64,000 bases of DNA from Limnothrix sp. BL-A-16 (GCA_041937175.2 CP166615.1:2432001-2496000), one strand, 5' to 3'. Positions 1 through 10,722 are shown, counted from the first letter of the stretch. The notes: a model not told the origin generated them from the sequence alone. A program made the numbers and translations.

Positions 1-1026
1 GCGGTGGGTTTGCTGGAGTGGCAAGACTCAGAAGCCTTCGCCCCCTTTCCTGATGCTGTCCCCAATCGCTCGGACGCGCAGTTAGTGGAATTTTTCCGCA
101 ACCAAGGCGTGCCCAAATCTCAAATTATTTATCTTCAGGATCGCCAAGCCACCCTCTCCGCCATTCAATCTAAATTGCCAGAATTTTTGGCTACCACCGA
201 TGAAAATGCTCTCTTAATGCTTTATTTTGCCGGCCACGGTGGTTGGGATTACGAGTCAGGGGAACATTATTTTTATAACTACGATGCCGATGCGGAAGAC
301 ACGGAAACCTATTGGAAAGTGTCCAGCATTTTTGACGACATTGAAGAAAATTTCAATGGTTCCCATGCCCTGCTGATGGCGGACTGCTGTTTCTCTGGGG
401 GACTGATTGACGAAGCCAAGCGACGAGATAGCGAAATTTCCTATGCCTGTGTGACCTCTGCCTATGCCCACAACACTTCAACGGGCGCTTGGACATTTAC
501 GGCTTCTTTGCTGAAGGGATTGCAAGGCGATCCCGCCGTTGACTTGGATGAAGATCGGGTGATTACGCTTTACGATTTTGCCCGCTATACGGAATTGGAA
601 GTGGCATTCATTGAAGATCAAAAATCAATGTTTTTAACAACCCATGATTTTGATCCGCAAATGCAACTATCGCGAGTAAAAGATCGATTTGATCCCCAAT
701 TGGGCCGCCGAGTGGAGGTGGAATATGAGGAGGATTGGTATCGGGCAAAAATTTTGGAAGTCAGCGATCAAGACGGTGACGAACAGTATCGAGTGCAATA
801 CGTGGTGGATCAGTCGGAAGAGTGGGTCACGCCCGATCGTATCCGTCCCTACGAACCGGTGATGTATGACGTGGGCACAGCGGTGGAGGTGCAGGATGAG
901 GCGGGCGATTGGTATCCCGCAACGGTCAAAAAAGCCTGGTATGGTCTGCACCACATCAGCTATGACGACTACGACGAAAATTGGGATGAGTGGGTGGGGC
1001 CCGATCGCCTGCGGGAACCGGAATAG
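1..1026 (+). CDS. Caspase-like (peptidase C14 type) protease with two C-terminal Agenet/Tudor-like domains; probably 5'-truncated by the window
   Basis: YFAGHG (catalytic His) and DCCFSG (catalytic Cys); C-terminal repeats VEV..DWY.A.....Y...EWV.PDR; frame open from base 1. Confidence 0.75.
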   Translation, partial: AVGLLEWQDSEAFAPFPDAVPNRSDAQLVEFFRNQGVPKSQIIYLQDRQATLSAIQSKLPEFLATTDENALLMLYFAGHGGWDYESGEHYFYNYDADAEDTETYWKVSSIFDDIEENFNGSHALLMADCCFSGGLIDEAKRRDSEISYACVTSAYAHNTSTGAWTFTASLLKGLQGDPAVDLDEDRVITLYDFARYTELEVAFIEDQKSMFLTTHDFDPQMQLSRVKDRFDPQLGRRVEVEYEEDWYRAKILEVSDQDGDEQYRVQYVVDQSEEWVTPDRIRPYEPVMYDVGTAVEVQDEAGDWYPATVKKAWYGLHHISYDDYDENWDEWVGPDRLREPE

Positions 1027-1228
1027 GGCAGTGGGGGCGAGTGGTTGCGTCGAGCTGCATTGGGGATCGATCGCCCAAAAAATCGGGGCAGGTTTGCATC
1101 TACCCCGACTCGCTTTTGGGCATTAGTTGGGCATTAGTTTGAACAGGGAAATGGTTGAATTGCGATTGAATTCCGGCAACCGCAAACTCAGCAATGGATT
1201 CAGCAATGAATCAAGATTTCCCAAACAC

Positions 1229-2833
1229 CTATTTCCAGGACACCTTCAGGCTGGCCGGTTGTCCGGGGTTGCCCACCAGTACCGGGCCGCGCCCATTGGC
1301 CGCCAAGTGCCGCAGGATCCAATAGACCGTTTCCACCTGCTCGATCGCCCCCACCTGCGTTGCCAACTCCGAAATCAACAGGGGTTCCCCCGCGTCTTGC
1401 AAGGCCGACACCAGCCGCTTTTGCAGGGCCAAGATGTTAGCGGCGGCTTTTTTGCCGGCCTCAACGCCCGGCTGGTGATAGGCATTGATGTTGACCAGGG
1501 AGGCGTAGAAGCTCACGGCCCGTTCATAGAGCGCAATCAGGGCCCCTACAATTCGCTCGTTGACGCGGGGAACCGTGATGGTAATTGACTCGCGATCCTT
1601 GTCGTAGAGCGCTTGGCGAGTGCCTTGCAATAGCCCGCTGAGGTAATCGCCCGACTCGATCGCCCCGTCTTCCACCACCACGCCCGAGCCGCCATCTTCC
1701 AGCACCTCAATCAGAGTGGCAAAAAAGTTGGGAACCCCTTCGCGCAACTGCTGTACATAGGCATGTTGATCGGTGCTGCCCTTGTTGCCATACACGGCAA
1801 TCCCCTGATAAACCAAGTTGCCGTCCAAATCGCGCTCCTTGCCTAAGGATTCCATCACCAACTGCTGGAGGTAGCGCGAAAACAGCAGTAGCCGGTCTTT
1901 GTAAGGCAAAACCACCATGTCCTTTTCGCCCTTGCCGCGGCCCACGGAATACCAGCAGAGGGCCAACAGGGCGGCGGGGTTGGTTTTCAGGTTGCGATCG
2001 CGGGTGGCCTGATCCATCATTTGCGCACCCAAGAGCATTTCCCGAATTTGGATCCCTTGGAGGGCCGCAGGCAACAGCCCCACCGCCGACAGTTCCGAGG
2101 TGCGGCCACCGACCCAATCAAACATGGGGAATCGATCGAGCCAGCCTTCGGTGATCGCCCGTTGATCCAAGGTGCTGCCCTCGCAGGTAATGGCCACAAA
2201 GTTGCGGTGATAGGGCAATCCGGCTTGGCTAAATTCCGCTTGAATTTCCACCATGCCGTTGCGGGTTTCGGGTGTGCCGCCGGACTTGGAGATGATCAGC
2301 ACCAGGGTTGTGGCCAGGCGATCGCGCAGGGGGGAGCCGCCCGTGCTCTTGGACAGGATTCGATCGATGCCGTCGGGGTCGGTGTTGTCCACAAAGTGAA
2401 TGGCCAAGGGCGGCTGATTGGGAGCCAAGGCCTCCGCCACAAACTGCGGCCCCAGGGCCGAACCGCCAATCCCGATCGACAACACATCGGTAAAGGGCTG
2501 ACCGTTGGCCGTGAGCCGGCCGGTGTGGATGGCCGTTGTGAAAGCTTCCAGGCGGTCCAGGGTGTTGATGATGTCGTCGCGCAATTCCGGCGTTGGGGCC
2601 AAGTCCGGTTGCCGCAGCCAATAGTGACCCACCATCCGTTGTTCGTCGGGATTGGCGATCGCCCCCGATTCCAGAGCGGTCATGTCCCCAAATGCTTTCG
2701 CCAACTTGGGTTGCATCTGAGCCACAAATGCATCATCAAACCGCATCCGGCTCACGTCCAGATACAGCCCCAAGCCCTCGTGATAGTAGAGCCAGTCTTG
2801 GTAACGCTGCCACAATGACGCAGTGCCGGTCAT
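1229..2833 (-). CDS. pgi: Glucose-6-phosphate isomerase
   Basis: [45 protein letters not shown] motifs; ATG 2833 preceded by AAGGAG. Confidence 0.97.
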   Translation of the reverse strand: MTGTASLWQRYQDWLYYHEGLGLYLDVSRMRFDDAFVAQMQPKLAKAFGDMTALESGAIANPDEQRMVGHYWLRQPDLAPTPELRDDIINTLDRLEAFTTAIHTGRLTANGQPFTDVLSIGIGGSALGPQFVAEALAPNQPPLAIHFVDNTDPDGIDRILSKSTGGSPLRDRLATTLVLIISKSGGTPETRNGMVEIQAEFSQAGLPYHRNFVAITCEGSTLDQRAITEGWLDRFPMFDWVGGRTSELSAVGLLPAALQGIQIREMLLGAQMMDQATRDRNLKTNPAALLALCWYSVGRGKGEKDMVVLPYKDRLLLFSRYLQQLVMESLGKERDLDGNLVYQGIAVYGNKGSTDQHAYVQQLREGVPNFFATLIEVLEDGGSGVVVEDGAIESGDYLSGLLQGTRQALYDKDRESITITVPRVNERIVGALIALYERAVSFYASLVNINAYHQPGVEAGKKAAANILALQKRLVSALQDAGEPLLISELATQVGAIEQVETVYWILRHLAANGRGPVLVGNPGQPASLKVSWK

Positions 2834-3034
2834 AAACACTCCTTCTTATCGTCTTTTTATCGTCCCGATCGCGCCTTGAGTGTAGCCCAGCTCCCACCCC
2901 CAATCACGGTAACGATTGCATCAGACATCGGCCCCCCTGCGCCTGGGCCAAGAGCGCAGTTCCCGACAGTGCCAAACGGCTGAGTAGAATAGGGACGGCA
3001 GTAGCATCCCCCTGCCCTCACCCCCCTTTGACCC

Positions 3035-4192
3035 ATGGCTGCTGTGCGTTGTCCTATCTGTTCCACTGAGTTGTCAGACACCGAAGTGCTGTGCCCAACC
3101 TGTGGTTGGGATAATTCCCCGTTACCGGAGGCGCTGGTGGGCACGGGGAGCGATCGGGCGACCATTGCCCTGTTGCGGGCCCGCGACCAGGTACGCACCA
3201 CTTGGGCCCGGGAGTTTTGGCAGCGATTAAATTTGGATGCCAAGTTAAACCATATTGAAGGCCAACTGAAACGGGCCCGCCAGGAGCGATCGCACCTGTA
3301 TTTGGAACTAACACAACTCCAAGAATCGCAAAAACTGCTGCTCCAAACCCTTTCGCCGGAATGGCTGGAAACGTTGCAACAGCTTCCGAGTCAGCTCCAG
3401 CAACAAATCCAAGCCCTGAAACAGGGCGCGGGGCCCCAAAGATCACCACAGACGGGATCGCCACAGACGGGATCGCCACAGGCGGGATCCCAGGCACAAT
3501 CCCATCCGATCGGGTCGGGATCCGATCCCCTGCCATTTGACTTGGGCCCCTTGGACACGGCAGCCCTGCAAGACACGGGCCATGCAAGTTCGGCGGTCAA
3601 TCCTGACCCGCCCTTGGCAAATCCCGATCGCAACGAAAATCCTTTCCACCTGCCGGAGCATCGCCCTTCTGCCCCCATGCCGCCGGCCCACGGGCTGCCC
3701 ACGGAGGAGGAGGTGACCATTTTGCAGTTTGTGATGCCCTCGCCGGGGCCAACTCCGGCCCCGGTCGATCGCTACGGGCGGCTATCCCAGTTGCTGGAAG
3801 CGCAAAAGTGGCTGGAGGCTGATCGGGAAACCACGCGAATCATGCTGAAGGTGGTGGGCCGCGAGGGGGCCAGTTGGTTACGGGTAGAAGACATTGAGCA
3901 ATTCCCCAAGGGCGATTTAACCGAGATCGATCGCCTCTGGACAGTCCACAGCAACAATCACTTTGGCTTCCGCATTCAATACGACATCTGGCTAGAGGTC
4001 ACCAGCCAAACGGCCAGCCCCGTGGAGGCTTGGTGTCGGTTTGGCGATCGCCTGGGTTGGACCAGCCAAAAGAGCCGCAACTTCAGCCTCAGCGCCCCGG
4101 CGGGCCATTTGCCCTACTGTTCTGCCGTGGGGGTTTGGTGGTGCTCAGGTCTGTTTCCTCAGGTGGTGAATGCGGCCTTGGGCAGCGCCTAA
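3035..4192 (+). CDS. GUN4-domain protein with N-terminal zinc ribbon and coiled coil
   Basis: CPIC/CPTC at N-terminus; C-terminal W.EADRET...HFGF.IQ..IW...GDRLGW...P.GHLP GUN4 signature. Confidence 0.8.
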   Translation: MAAVRCPICSTELSDTEVLCPTCGWDNSPLPEALVGTGSDRATIALLRARDQVRTTWAREFWQRLNLDAKLNHIEGQLKRARQERSHLYLELTQLQESQKLLLQTLSPEWLETLQQLPSQLQQQIQALKQGAGPQRSPQTGSPQTGSPQAGSQAQSHPIGSGSDPLPFDLGPLDTAALQDTGHASSAVNPDPPLANPDRNENPFHLPEHRPSAPMPPAHGLPTEEEVTILQFVMPSPGPTPAPVDRYGRLSQLLEAQKWLEADRETTRIMLKVVGREGASWLRVEDIEQFPKGDLTEIDRLWTVHSNNHFGFRIQYDIWLEVTSQTASPVEAWCRFGDRLGWTSQKSRNFSLSAPAGHLPYCSAVGVWWCSGLFPQVVNAALGSA

Positions 4193-4333
4193 GCCAACCC
4201 TTGCCCGCCAGGCTAAACCAGCGCCTAAATCAGGGTCTAAACCAATGCCTAAACCATCGATCCATCAGCTCCCTGCCCTACAATGGGGCGTGAAATTTGG
4301 GCTATTCCTACGCTGAGGCTCGATCGCGCCCCC

Positions 4334-5464
4334 ATGATTGCTTACCTCACCTCACTGATTATTTTTTCAGGCATCTTTGCCCTCTTTGGCCTGGGTCTGA
4401 ATCTGCAATGGGGTCTCACGGGCTTAATTAATTTTGGCCATGTGGCCTTCATGACCATTGGGGCCTACACCACCATTTTGCTGTCGCTTCAGGGTTGGCC
4501 GATTGTGCTGGCGGTGGCGATCGGGGCGGGGCTGGCGGCTCTGCTGGGTTTGTTGGTGGGCATTTCCACCCTGCGCCTGCGGGAAGATTACCTGGCGATC
4601 GTCACGATCGGGGTGTCGGAGGTGGTGCGACTGGTGGCTTTGAATGAAGAGTGGCTGACCCGAGGCGCAAGGGGCGTTTATGGCTACCCGCTGCCCTTGG
4701 CCCAAGTGCCGGACGCGCCTTGGGTGGCTCCGGTGGCGATCGCCCTTTGGACGGGTATTTTTGGGGCAGCCGGTTGGTCCCTGTGGCGCTGGTTCCGGCA
4801 GGCCTTGCGATCGCGCCAACAGGCCGCCCAAGGGCAAGTCACCGGCACAACCCAACAGCCCCCCTCCAAGGGTCGCCTGGCGTTGGGTGGCATCTCGGCC
4901 CTAATGGGGCTGCTGCTCTATGGCTGTGGGGCGATCGCCCTTTGGGATTTCAACTACAAAGGCGGCTTGATGTTGCTGGTGGTGGCCGTTTTGGGCCTGG
5001 TTTATTGGCAACTGGAGCGGCTGGGCCGATCGCCCTGGGGCCGGGTGCTAAAAGCCATCCGCGAGGACGAGGAAATCGCCCGGGCCTTGGGCAAAAACGT
5101 GTTTTGGTACAAACTGCAATCCCTGATGCTGGGCGGGGCGATCGCGGGGGTCGCCGGTTCCTTCTATGCCTGGAATCTCACTTTTATTAACCCCGATGGC
5201 TTTATTCCGCTGATGACCTTCCAAGCTTGGACGATCGTGGTTTTGGGCGGTGCGGGCAACAATGCGGGCACGCTGTTGGGTTCTGTCCTGTTTTGGGGAT
5301 ACACCACCCTCACCCGGTTTGTGTTGCCGGCCCTGCTGCCCTTGGATGATGCCCGCTTGGGAGCCTTCCGGTTGATGGTGATTGGGTTGATTTTGGTGGT
5401 GCTGATGATGTGGCGGCCCCAGGGCATTTTGGGCAAGAAGGAAGAGCTAACCCTCGGCCAATAG
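4334..5464 (+). CDS. natC: Neutral/branched-chain amino acid ABC transporter permease (LivM family)
   Basis: LGLNLQWGLTGLINFGH, LRLREDYLAIVT, SPWGRVLKAIREDE; ATG 4334 preferred. Confidence 0.85.
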   Translation: MIAYLTSLIIFSGIFALFGLGLNLQWGLTGLINFGHVAFMTIGAYTTILLSLQGWPIVLAVAIGAGLAALLGLLVGISTLRLREDYLAIVTIGVSEVVRLVALNEEWLTRGARGVYGYPLPLAQVPDAPWVAPVAIALWTGIFGAAGWSLWRWFRQALRSRQQAAQGQVTGTTQQPPSKGRLALGGISALMGLLLYGCGAIALWDFNYKGGLMLLVVAVLGLVYWQLERLGRSPWGRVLKAIREDEEIARALGKNVFWYKLQSLMLGGAIAGVAGSFYAWNLTFINPDGFIPLMTFQAWTIVVLGGAGNNAGTLLGSVLFWGYTTLTRFVLPALLPLDDARLGAFRLMVIGLILVVLMMWRPQGILGKKEELTLGQ

Positions 5465-5505
5465 TCGGCTCTGGCGATTCGGGGCGATCGCCCTATGATG
5501 GGTGC

Positions 5506-5615
5506 AATGGTTGGTCTTTCATACCCTAATCGCCGTAACAAGGGGCTTAAGCCCCTTGCCTCCCACGATCGCGCCACCGTGGAATCAGGGTTTCAGACGA
5601 TGTGACCATAAGCCC
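5506..5615 (-). mobile_element. Partial copy of the palindrome-bearing MITE family
   Basis: Palindrome at 5539-5558 and flanks similar to 19888-20029; one degenerate TIR at 5601-5615. Confidence 0.55.
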
Positions 5616-5632
5616 TCATCCCCCTTTCAATC

Positions 5633-6811
5633 ATGTTCAAACTGCTGGCAACGGTGCGCCACCGCTGGGTTATGTGGCTGATGGGCTGGGAGACCCGTTT
5701 GGTGAGTCCTTCGTTTCAGGGGGCTTTGCTGGGCGCGATCGCCCTGTTTTTGTTTGGGGCGGCCACCAACGCCATGGCCGGTTGGCTCTATGTGATGAGT
5801 GGGGTGCTGTTGGCGCTGATGTTGGTGGCGGCGGTGCTGACGGCACGATCGCTCGGGGGCCTGAGCGCCAGCCGATCGCCCATTCAGCCCATCAGCGTTG
5901 ACGATTTGGCCGTGGCGGAATGCCAGATCACCAACCACACCCGATCGGCCCGCTCCCTGCTGCAATGGGTCGATCGCCCACCCACCCCCCTGCCCGTTGC
6001 CAGCGGCTCGATCGCCCTGATTCCTGCCCAAGGCAGCATCACCATCCAAGCTCAATTCCGGGCCCAGCGGCGCGGCATCTATCGTTGGCCGAGTCTCACC
6101 TTGCGATCGGGTGCGCCCTTTGGCCTGTTTTGGCGACAACAGCCGATCGCCGCACCGGCCAAGCTGGTGGTTTACCCTCGGGTTTGGCCCCTGGCCCAAT
6201 GCCCGATCGTGGATTGGATGGGCGAAGGGGATGCCCAAAACGCAGCGGGCGATCGGGCCTTGCGTTTGGGAACCGAAGGCCTCACCCGTTCCCTGCGGCC
6301 CTATCGTTGGGGCGACTCCACCCGGTTCATCCATTGGCGCAGTAGTGCCCGGTTTGGGGAGCTTCAGGTGCGTGAATTGGAAACCGCCGCCACGGGGCCC
6401 GATCTGATTGTGGCCCTCGATAGTGCGATCGCCTGGGATCCCGAAGACTTCGAGCAGGCCGTGGAAGCGGCCGCCTCCATGTATGTCTATGCCAGCCGCT
6501 GTTATCTCGATCCCTTCCTGTGGACGGCGGCCACGGGGCTGGTGCGCGGGCGACAGGTGGTGTTGGAAACCCTGGCCGGAACCCAAGCCGGGGAGCTAGC
6601 CCAGCATGAACCGCCCTCCCGGGCCGTGCTGTGGCTCACCTCAGCGGTCGATCGGGTCAGTCAACTGCCCGATCGCAGCCGCTGGTTGTTGTGGTTGCCT
6701 CCCGGCAGCGAGTTGGCCGGTAGCCTGCTCGGTCGCCAGGCCCAAGGCCGCATCATTTCCCGCGATCGACCAATTCCTGAGCAATTGCAGGCCGGCAACC
6801 ATCCGCTTTAA
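5633..6811 (+). CDS. DUF58 domain protein
   Basis: N-terminal TM pair, RRG.Y.W..L.L....PFGLF, LRPYRWGD..R.IHWRSSAR.GEL.VRE. Confidence 0.88.
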   Translation: MFKLLATVRHRWVMWLMGWETRLVSPSFQGALLGAIALFLFGAATNAMAGWLYVMSGVLLALMLVAAVLTARSLGGLSASRSPIQPISVDDLAVAECQITNHTRSARSLLQWVDRPPTPLPVASGSIALIPAQGSITIQAQFRAQRRGIYRWPSLTLRSGAPFGLFWRQQPIAAPAKLVVYPRVWPLAQCPIVDWMGEGDAQNAAGDRALRLGTEGLTRSLRPYRWGDSTRFIHWRSSARFGELQVRELETAATGPDLIVALDSAIAWDPEDFEQAVEAAASMYVYASRCYLDPFLWTAATGLVRGRQVVLETLAGTQAGELAQHEPPSRAVLWLTSAVDRVSQLPDRSRWLLWLPPGSELAGSLLGRQAQGRIISRDRPIPEQLQAGNHPL

Positions 6812-6869
6812 CTCAACGGTTTTCGCTCAACGGTTTTCGCTCAACGGTTCGCATCGTTGACCCTTGATC

Positions 6870-6893
6870 GGGCGTACGGCCGTACGCCCCTAC
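6870..6893 (-). repeat. GTAG-type REP hairpin
   Basis: GGGCGTACGGCCGTACGCCC followed by CTAC (GTAG on minus strand). Confidence 0.65.
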
Positions 6894-6977
6894 TTCAGGT
6901 CGCCCAGGGCATCGGCTGAAATTGGCGCGACGAAACGGGGCGATCGCCCGCCGTTGGATCTGCTTGTTCAAATCTTA

Positions 6978-6994
6978 TTGAAAATTATTCTTGA
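6978..6994. promoter_or_regulatory. Putative Fur box upstream of the isiA-like genes, overlapping a TTGACA
   Basis: TTGAAAATTATTCTTGA resembles the recalled cyanobacterial Fur palindrome TTGAGAATnATTCTCAA; iron-stress genes lie downstream. Confidence 0.6.
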
Positions 6995-7126
6995 CATTTT
7001 CCAAATCTTGATTCAGGCTTTATTGCTATAAAGTTTCAATAAAGGTTCGAGATTTCTCGAATCTGCACCGAATGGCGCATACCTGCAAAAACTGCAAACG
7101 CTGCAAGCTGTTGTTGGGAACTTCCT

Positions 7127-8197
7127 ATGACTGTCACCACCACGCCGCCACAGACGGCGACCGCGATTCCTTGGTGGGCGGGGAATGCCCGCCTGACGGA
7201 ACTGTCGGGACGATTGTTGGGGGCCCATGTGGCCCATGCGGGACTGATCGTGCTTTGGGCGGGAGCAATGACCCTGTTTGAGGTCTCCCGCTGCGATCTG
7301 AGTCGGCCGCTGTACGAGCAAGGGTTGATTTTGTTGCCGAACCTGGCCCGGTTGGGTTGGGGCCTGGGCAACAACGGGGCGATCGCCCAAACCGATGATT
7401 GGTTTGCGATCGGGGCAATTCATTTGATCAGCTCGGCCTTTTTGGGTGTGGGCGGTTTGTTCCATGCGCTCAAGGGGCCCGAACGGCTCGATCACACCGG
7501 CTTTTTCAATTACCGCTGGGATGATGCCAACAAAATGACCCAAATCTTGGGCATTCACCTGGTGTTGCTCGGGTTGGGCGCTTGGCTGCTGGTGCTGAAG
7601 GCCACCACCTTTGGCGGTCTTTACGATCCGGCGGTGGGCCGTGTCCAGTTGGTCAGCGATCTGAACTGGGATTTGGGGCAAATCTTCGGCTACTTCTTCG
7701 GGGCCGGCGGTCGTTACTGGCTGGCCAGCGTCCATGACCTACCCACGATCGTCGGGGCCCACGCTTGGTTGGGCGCAATCCTAATCGGGGGCGGCCTCTG
7801 GCACATTGTTTCGGAACCATCCGCGGCCGTGAAGCGCCTGTTTATTTGGTCGGGCGAGGCCTATTTGTCCTACAGCCTAGGGGCGCTGGCTCTGATGGCC
7901 TTTGTGGCCACCCTGTTTGTGTCCGTGAATGCCGTTGCCTTCCCCGAGGTGTTCTTTGGCCCCACGTTGCAAATCGGGTTCGATCGCGTGCCCTATTTCT
8001 TCAGCCCCGATGGAGCCTTGACCTCCCGCGTTTGGTTGGCCAATGCCCATTTCTGGCTCGGTTTCTTTTTCCTGCAAGGGCACATTTTCCACGCCCTGCA
8101 AGCGGCCGGCGTGCGGTTTGGCTTTGGGCAAACCCCCCCGGCCACCGCTCGCACCGCTGATTCGTCCACCCAATCCACCCAGGAGGCCGCCGCATGA
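7127..8197 (+). CDS. isiA: IsiA/Pcb-family chlorophyll-binding antenna protein
   Basis: [48 protein letters not shown]; lacks the large CP43 loop E. Confidence 0.88.
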   Translation: MTVTTTPPQTATAIPWWAGNARLTELSGRLLGAHVAHAGLIVLWAGAMTLFEVSRCDLSRPLYEQGLILLPNLARLGWGLGNNGAIAQTDDWFAIGAIHLISSAFLGVGGLFHALKGPERLDHTGFFNYRWDDANKMTQILGIHLVLLGLGAWLLVLKATTFGGLYDPAVGRVQLVSDLNWDLGQIFGYFFGAGGRYWLASVHDLPTIVGAHAWLGAILIGGGLWHIVSEPSAAVKRLFIWSGEAYLSYSLGALALMAFVATLFVSVNAVAFPEVFFGPTLQIGFDRVPYFFSPDGALTSRVWLANAHFWLGFFFLQGHIFHALQAAGVRFGFGQTPPATARTADSSTQSTQEAAA

Positions 8198-9699
8198 GCG
8201 CCGTAATCTCTCGGACTGCGCCCCCCGCCATGCCGCAATTGGGCTGGTGGGCCGGTAATGGGCGGTTTGTGAATCTGTCGGGCAAGCTGCTGGGGGCCCA
8301 TGTGGCCCATGCGGGGCTGATTGTGCTCTGGGCAGGGGCCATGACCCTGTTTGAGCTGTCTCGCTACGATGCGGGGCAACCGATGGGGACTCAGGGGCTG
8401 ATCCTGTTGCCCCACTTGGCCAGCCTCGGGTTTGGGCTGGGGCCCGATGGGGCGATCGCCGACACCTATCCCTATTTGGTGGTGGGCATGTTGCACCTGG
8501 TCAGTGCGGCGGTGTTGGGGGCCGGCGGCATCTATCACGCCGTGCTGGGCCCCGAGGTGTTGCCCACCGATCGCGCCAACTTCAGTGGCTTCTTTGGCTA
8601 CGACTGGCGCGACAAGGACAAAATGACCACGATCATTGGCATTCACCTGCTGCTGTTGGGATCTGGGGCTTTCCTACTGGTGGCCAAGGCCATGGCTTGG
8701 GGCGGTCTCTATGACCCGGCGATCGGTTCGGTGCGCTTGGTTGAGCACCCCACCCTCGAGTTCGGCACGATTTGGGGCTATCTGGTTGGAGCGCATGGCA
8801 GCCAAGGGATGGCGGCGATCGATAACCTCGAAGACCTGGTGGGTGGCCATGTGTGGGTCGGCGGCCTCTGCATTGCAGGCGGCCTCTGGCACATCCTCAG
8901 CCGTCCTTGGGCTTGGGTGGAACGGGTGTTCTATTGGACGGGGGAAGCCTACCTGTCCTATAGCCTGGGAGCCTTGGCCTACATGGGCTTTTTCGCCGCC
9001 TACTTTGTGTCGGTGAATGACTTCGCCTATCCCGAGGTGTTCTACGGGCCCTTGGGCATCGTCACCCAGGACGGCACGGTAACCGCTCGGGGCTGGTTGG
9101 CCACCTTCCACTTTGTGTTTGCGATCCTGTTTTTGGCGGGGCACTTGTGGCACGCCCTGCGGGTGCGGGCGGAGGCCGTGGGCTTCAAGTTTGGCAGCGA
9201 TAGCTTTATCCGGCCCGGTGGCGGCTCGCCGGAAGCGGGCACGTTGGATACGCCCGTCAGCGCCTCCGATGTGACCCTGGCCCTGGTGCAATACCTGCCG
9301 ATCTATCGCCCGAATCTGTCGCCCCTGGCGCGGGGACTGGAAATTGGCATGGCCCACGGATACTTCCTGGTGGGGCCGTTCATCAAGCTGGGGCCGATGC
9401 GATCGAGCCAGTCGGCGGAACTGGTGGGGCTGATTGCCACCATGGGGCTGCTGTTGATTTTGTCCCTGTGCCTGTCGCTCTACGGGGCCGTGACCTTCCC
9501 GAACCGGGGCGATCGCTCCTTGGATCAGTTCCGGGGCATGGCCAAAGCCGTGGGAGCCAACGCAGCCGTGTTGCCCGACAACCTGCGAACAGCGGACGGC
9601 TGGAGCCAGTTCAGCGCCATGTTCTTGGTGGGCGGCATGGGCGGTGCGATCTTTGCCTTCCTGTTGTTGACCCAGGGGGCAGGCCTATTGGCGCTCTAG
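8194..9699 (+). CDS. IsiA-family protein with C-terminal PsaL-like domain (IsiA-PsaL fusion)
   Basis: IsiA motifs followed by TPV...[30 protein letters not shown]...GWS.F...FLVGG.GGA; ATGA overlap with upstream gene. Confidence 0.9.
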   Translation: MSAVISRTAPPAMPQLGWWAGNGRFVNLSGKLLGAHVAHAGLIVLWAGAMTLFELSRYDAGQPMGTQGLILLPHLASLGFGLGPDGAIADTYPYLVVGMLHLVSAAVLGAGGIYHAVLGPEVLPTDRANFSGFFGYDWRDKDKMTTIIGIHLLLLGSGAFLLVAKAMAWGGLYDPAIGSVRLVEHPTLEFGTIWGYLVGAHGSQGMAAIDNLEDLVGGHVWVGGLCIAGGLWHILSRPWAWVERVFYWTGEAYLSYSLGALAYMGFFAAYFVSVNDFAYPEVFYGPLGIVTQDGTVTARGWLATFHFVFAILFLAGHLWHALRVRAEAVGFKFGSDSFIRPGGGSPEAGTLDTPVSASDVTLALVQYLPIYRPNLSPLARGLEIGMAHGYFLVGPFIKLGPMRSSQSAELVGLIATMGLLLILSLCLSLYGAVTFPNRGDRSLDQFRGMAKAVGANAAVLPDNLRTADGWSQFSAMFLVGGMGGAIFAFLLLTQGAGLLAL

Positions 9700-9810
9700 G
9701 CGATCAACCCGCTGCCAGCATCGTTCAAGCTGTTTTTTGAGTTTTTGATCCATAAGTCAGTCATTTACAGAAATCGAAATCGGTCGTGGAGGGCCGATCG
9801 CGAGGACTGG

Positions 9811-9861
9811 GGGGATTCGGGGCCGCTCCGTCGCTGGGGGTGGCGATCGATCCCCTTTTTT
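9811..9861 (+). terminator. Possible intrinsic terminator after the isiA-like pair
   Basis: GGGGAT...ATCCCC outer stem with an inner imperfect stem, then a T-run; irregular. Confidence 0.3.
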
Positions 9862-9887
9862 CTGGTTTTCCAAGCATTTTGAGTTTA

Positions 9888-9957
9888 TTAAAACTCTTTC
9901 TCAATTAAATAAATCTTGCTATGCTGCTATTGCTAATTTATTGAGATCTAATTTCAT
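9888..9957. promoter_or_regulatory. Two Fur-like boxes upstream of isiB
   Basis: TTAAAACTCTTTCTCAA (9888-9904) and TTGAGATCTAATTTCAT (9941-9957) in an AT-rich patch. Confidence 0.5.
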
Positions 9958-10209
9958 TAAAGAAGCCCCCTAGGGTCAATCGCCAGTAACCAGCAGTGCA
10001 GGCGATCGCCCCTGAAGCCGGATCGGTACTTGGCCGGCCGACCTCAACAACCTCAATTTCTCCAGGACTGATCCAGCAACCTGATCACGACTCAGGCAGA
10101 GATCAAACAGGAATCAGACAAGGGGTTTCAACCTCTTGCCCCCCAAGATCTCGGGTTGGCATCCGTCCAATGACCTCAAACCCTATCAACCCTTCAACGA
10201 ATTGAACCT

Positions 10210-10722
10210 ATGGCAACGATCGGACTGTTCTACGGCACGCAAACGGGCAATACGGAATCCTTGGCGGAAAAAATTCAAGCGGCCCTCGGCGGCGATGCTG
10301 TGGTGGATTTGCACGATGTGGCCGATGCCAGTGTCGAGGACTTTGCGCCCTACAACTACCTGATTGTGGGCTGTCCCACTTGGAATATTGGCGAACTTCA
10401 AAGCGATTGGGACGGCCTCTACGGAGAGTTAGACGACATCAGCTTTGCGGGCAAAAAGGTGGCCTATTTTGGCCCCGGCGACCAGGTGGGCTACGCGGAC
10501 AACTTCCAGGACGCGATGGGATTACTGGAAGAAAAAATCGCCAGCCTGGGCGGCCAAACCGTGGGCATGTGGCCGATCGCGGGCTATGACTTCAGCGAAT
10601 CCAAGGCCCAACGGGGCGATCACTTTGTGGGGTTGGCGCTGGACGAAGATAACCAACCGGACTTGACCGATGAGCGGATCGCCACTTGGGTAGCCCAGAT
10701 TAAGCGCGAATTTGGCCTGTAG
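10210..10722 (+). CDS. isiB: Long-chain flavodoxin
   Basis: IGLFYGTQTGNT, GCPTWNIGELQSDW, GDQVGYADNFQDA, FVGLALDEDNQ. Confidence 0.96.
   Translation: MATIGLFYGTQTGNTESLAEKIQAALGGDAVVDLHDVADASVEDFAPYNYLIVGCPTWNIGELQSDWDGLYGELDDISFAGKKVAYFGPGDQVGYADNFQDAMGLLEEKIASLGGQTVGMWPIAGYDFSESKAQRGDHFVGLALDEDNQPDLTDERIATWVAQIKREFGL

Noticed and set aside
7127..8197. psbC (CP43)
   Set aside because: Too short, lacks the large lumenal loop, has no psbD neighbour, and sits with isiB and Fur-like boxes
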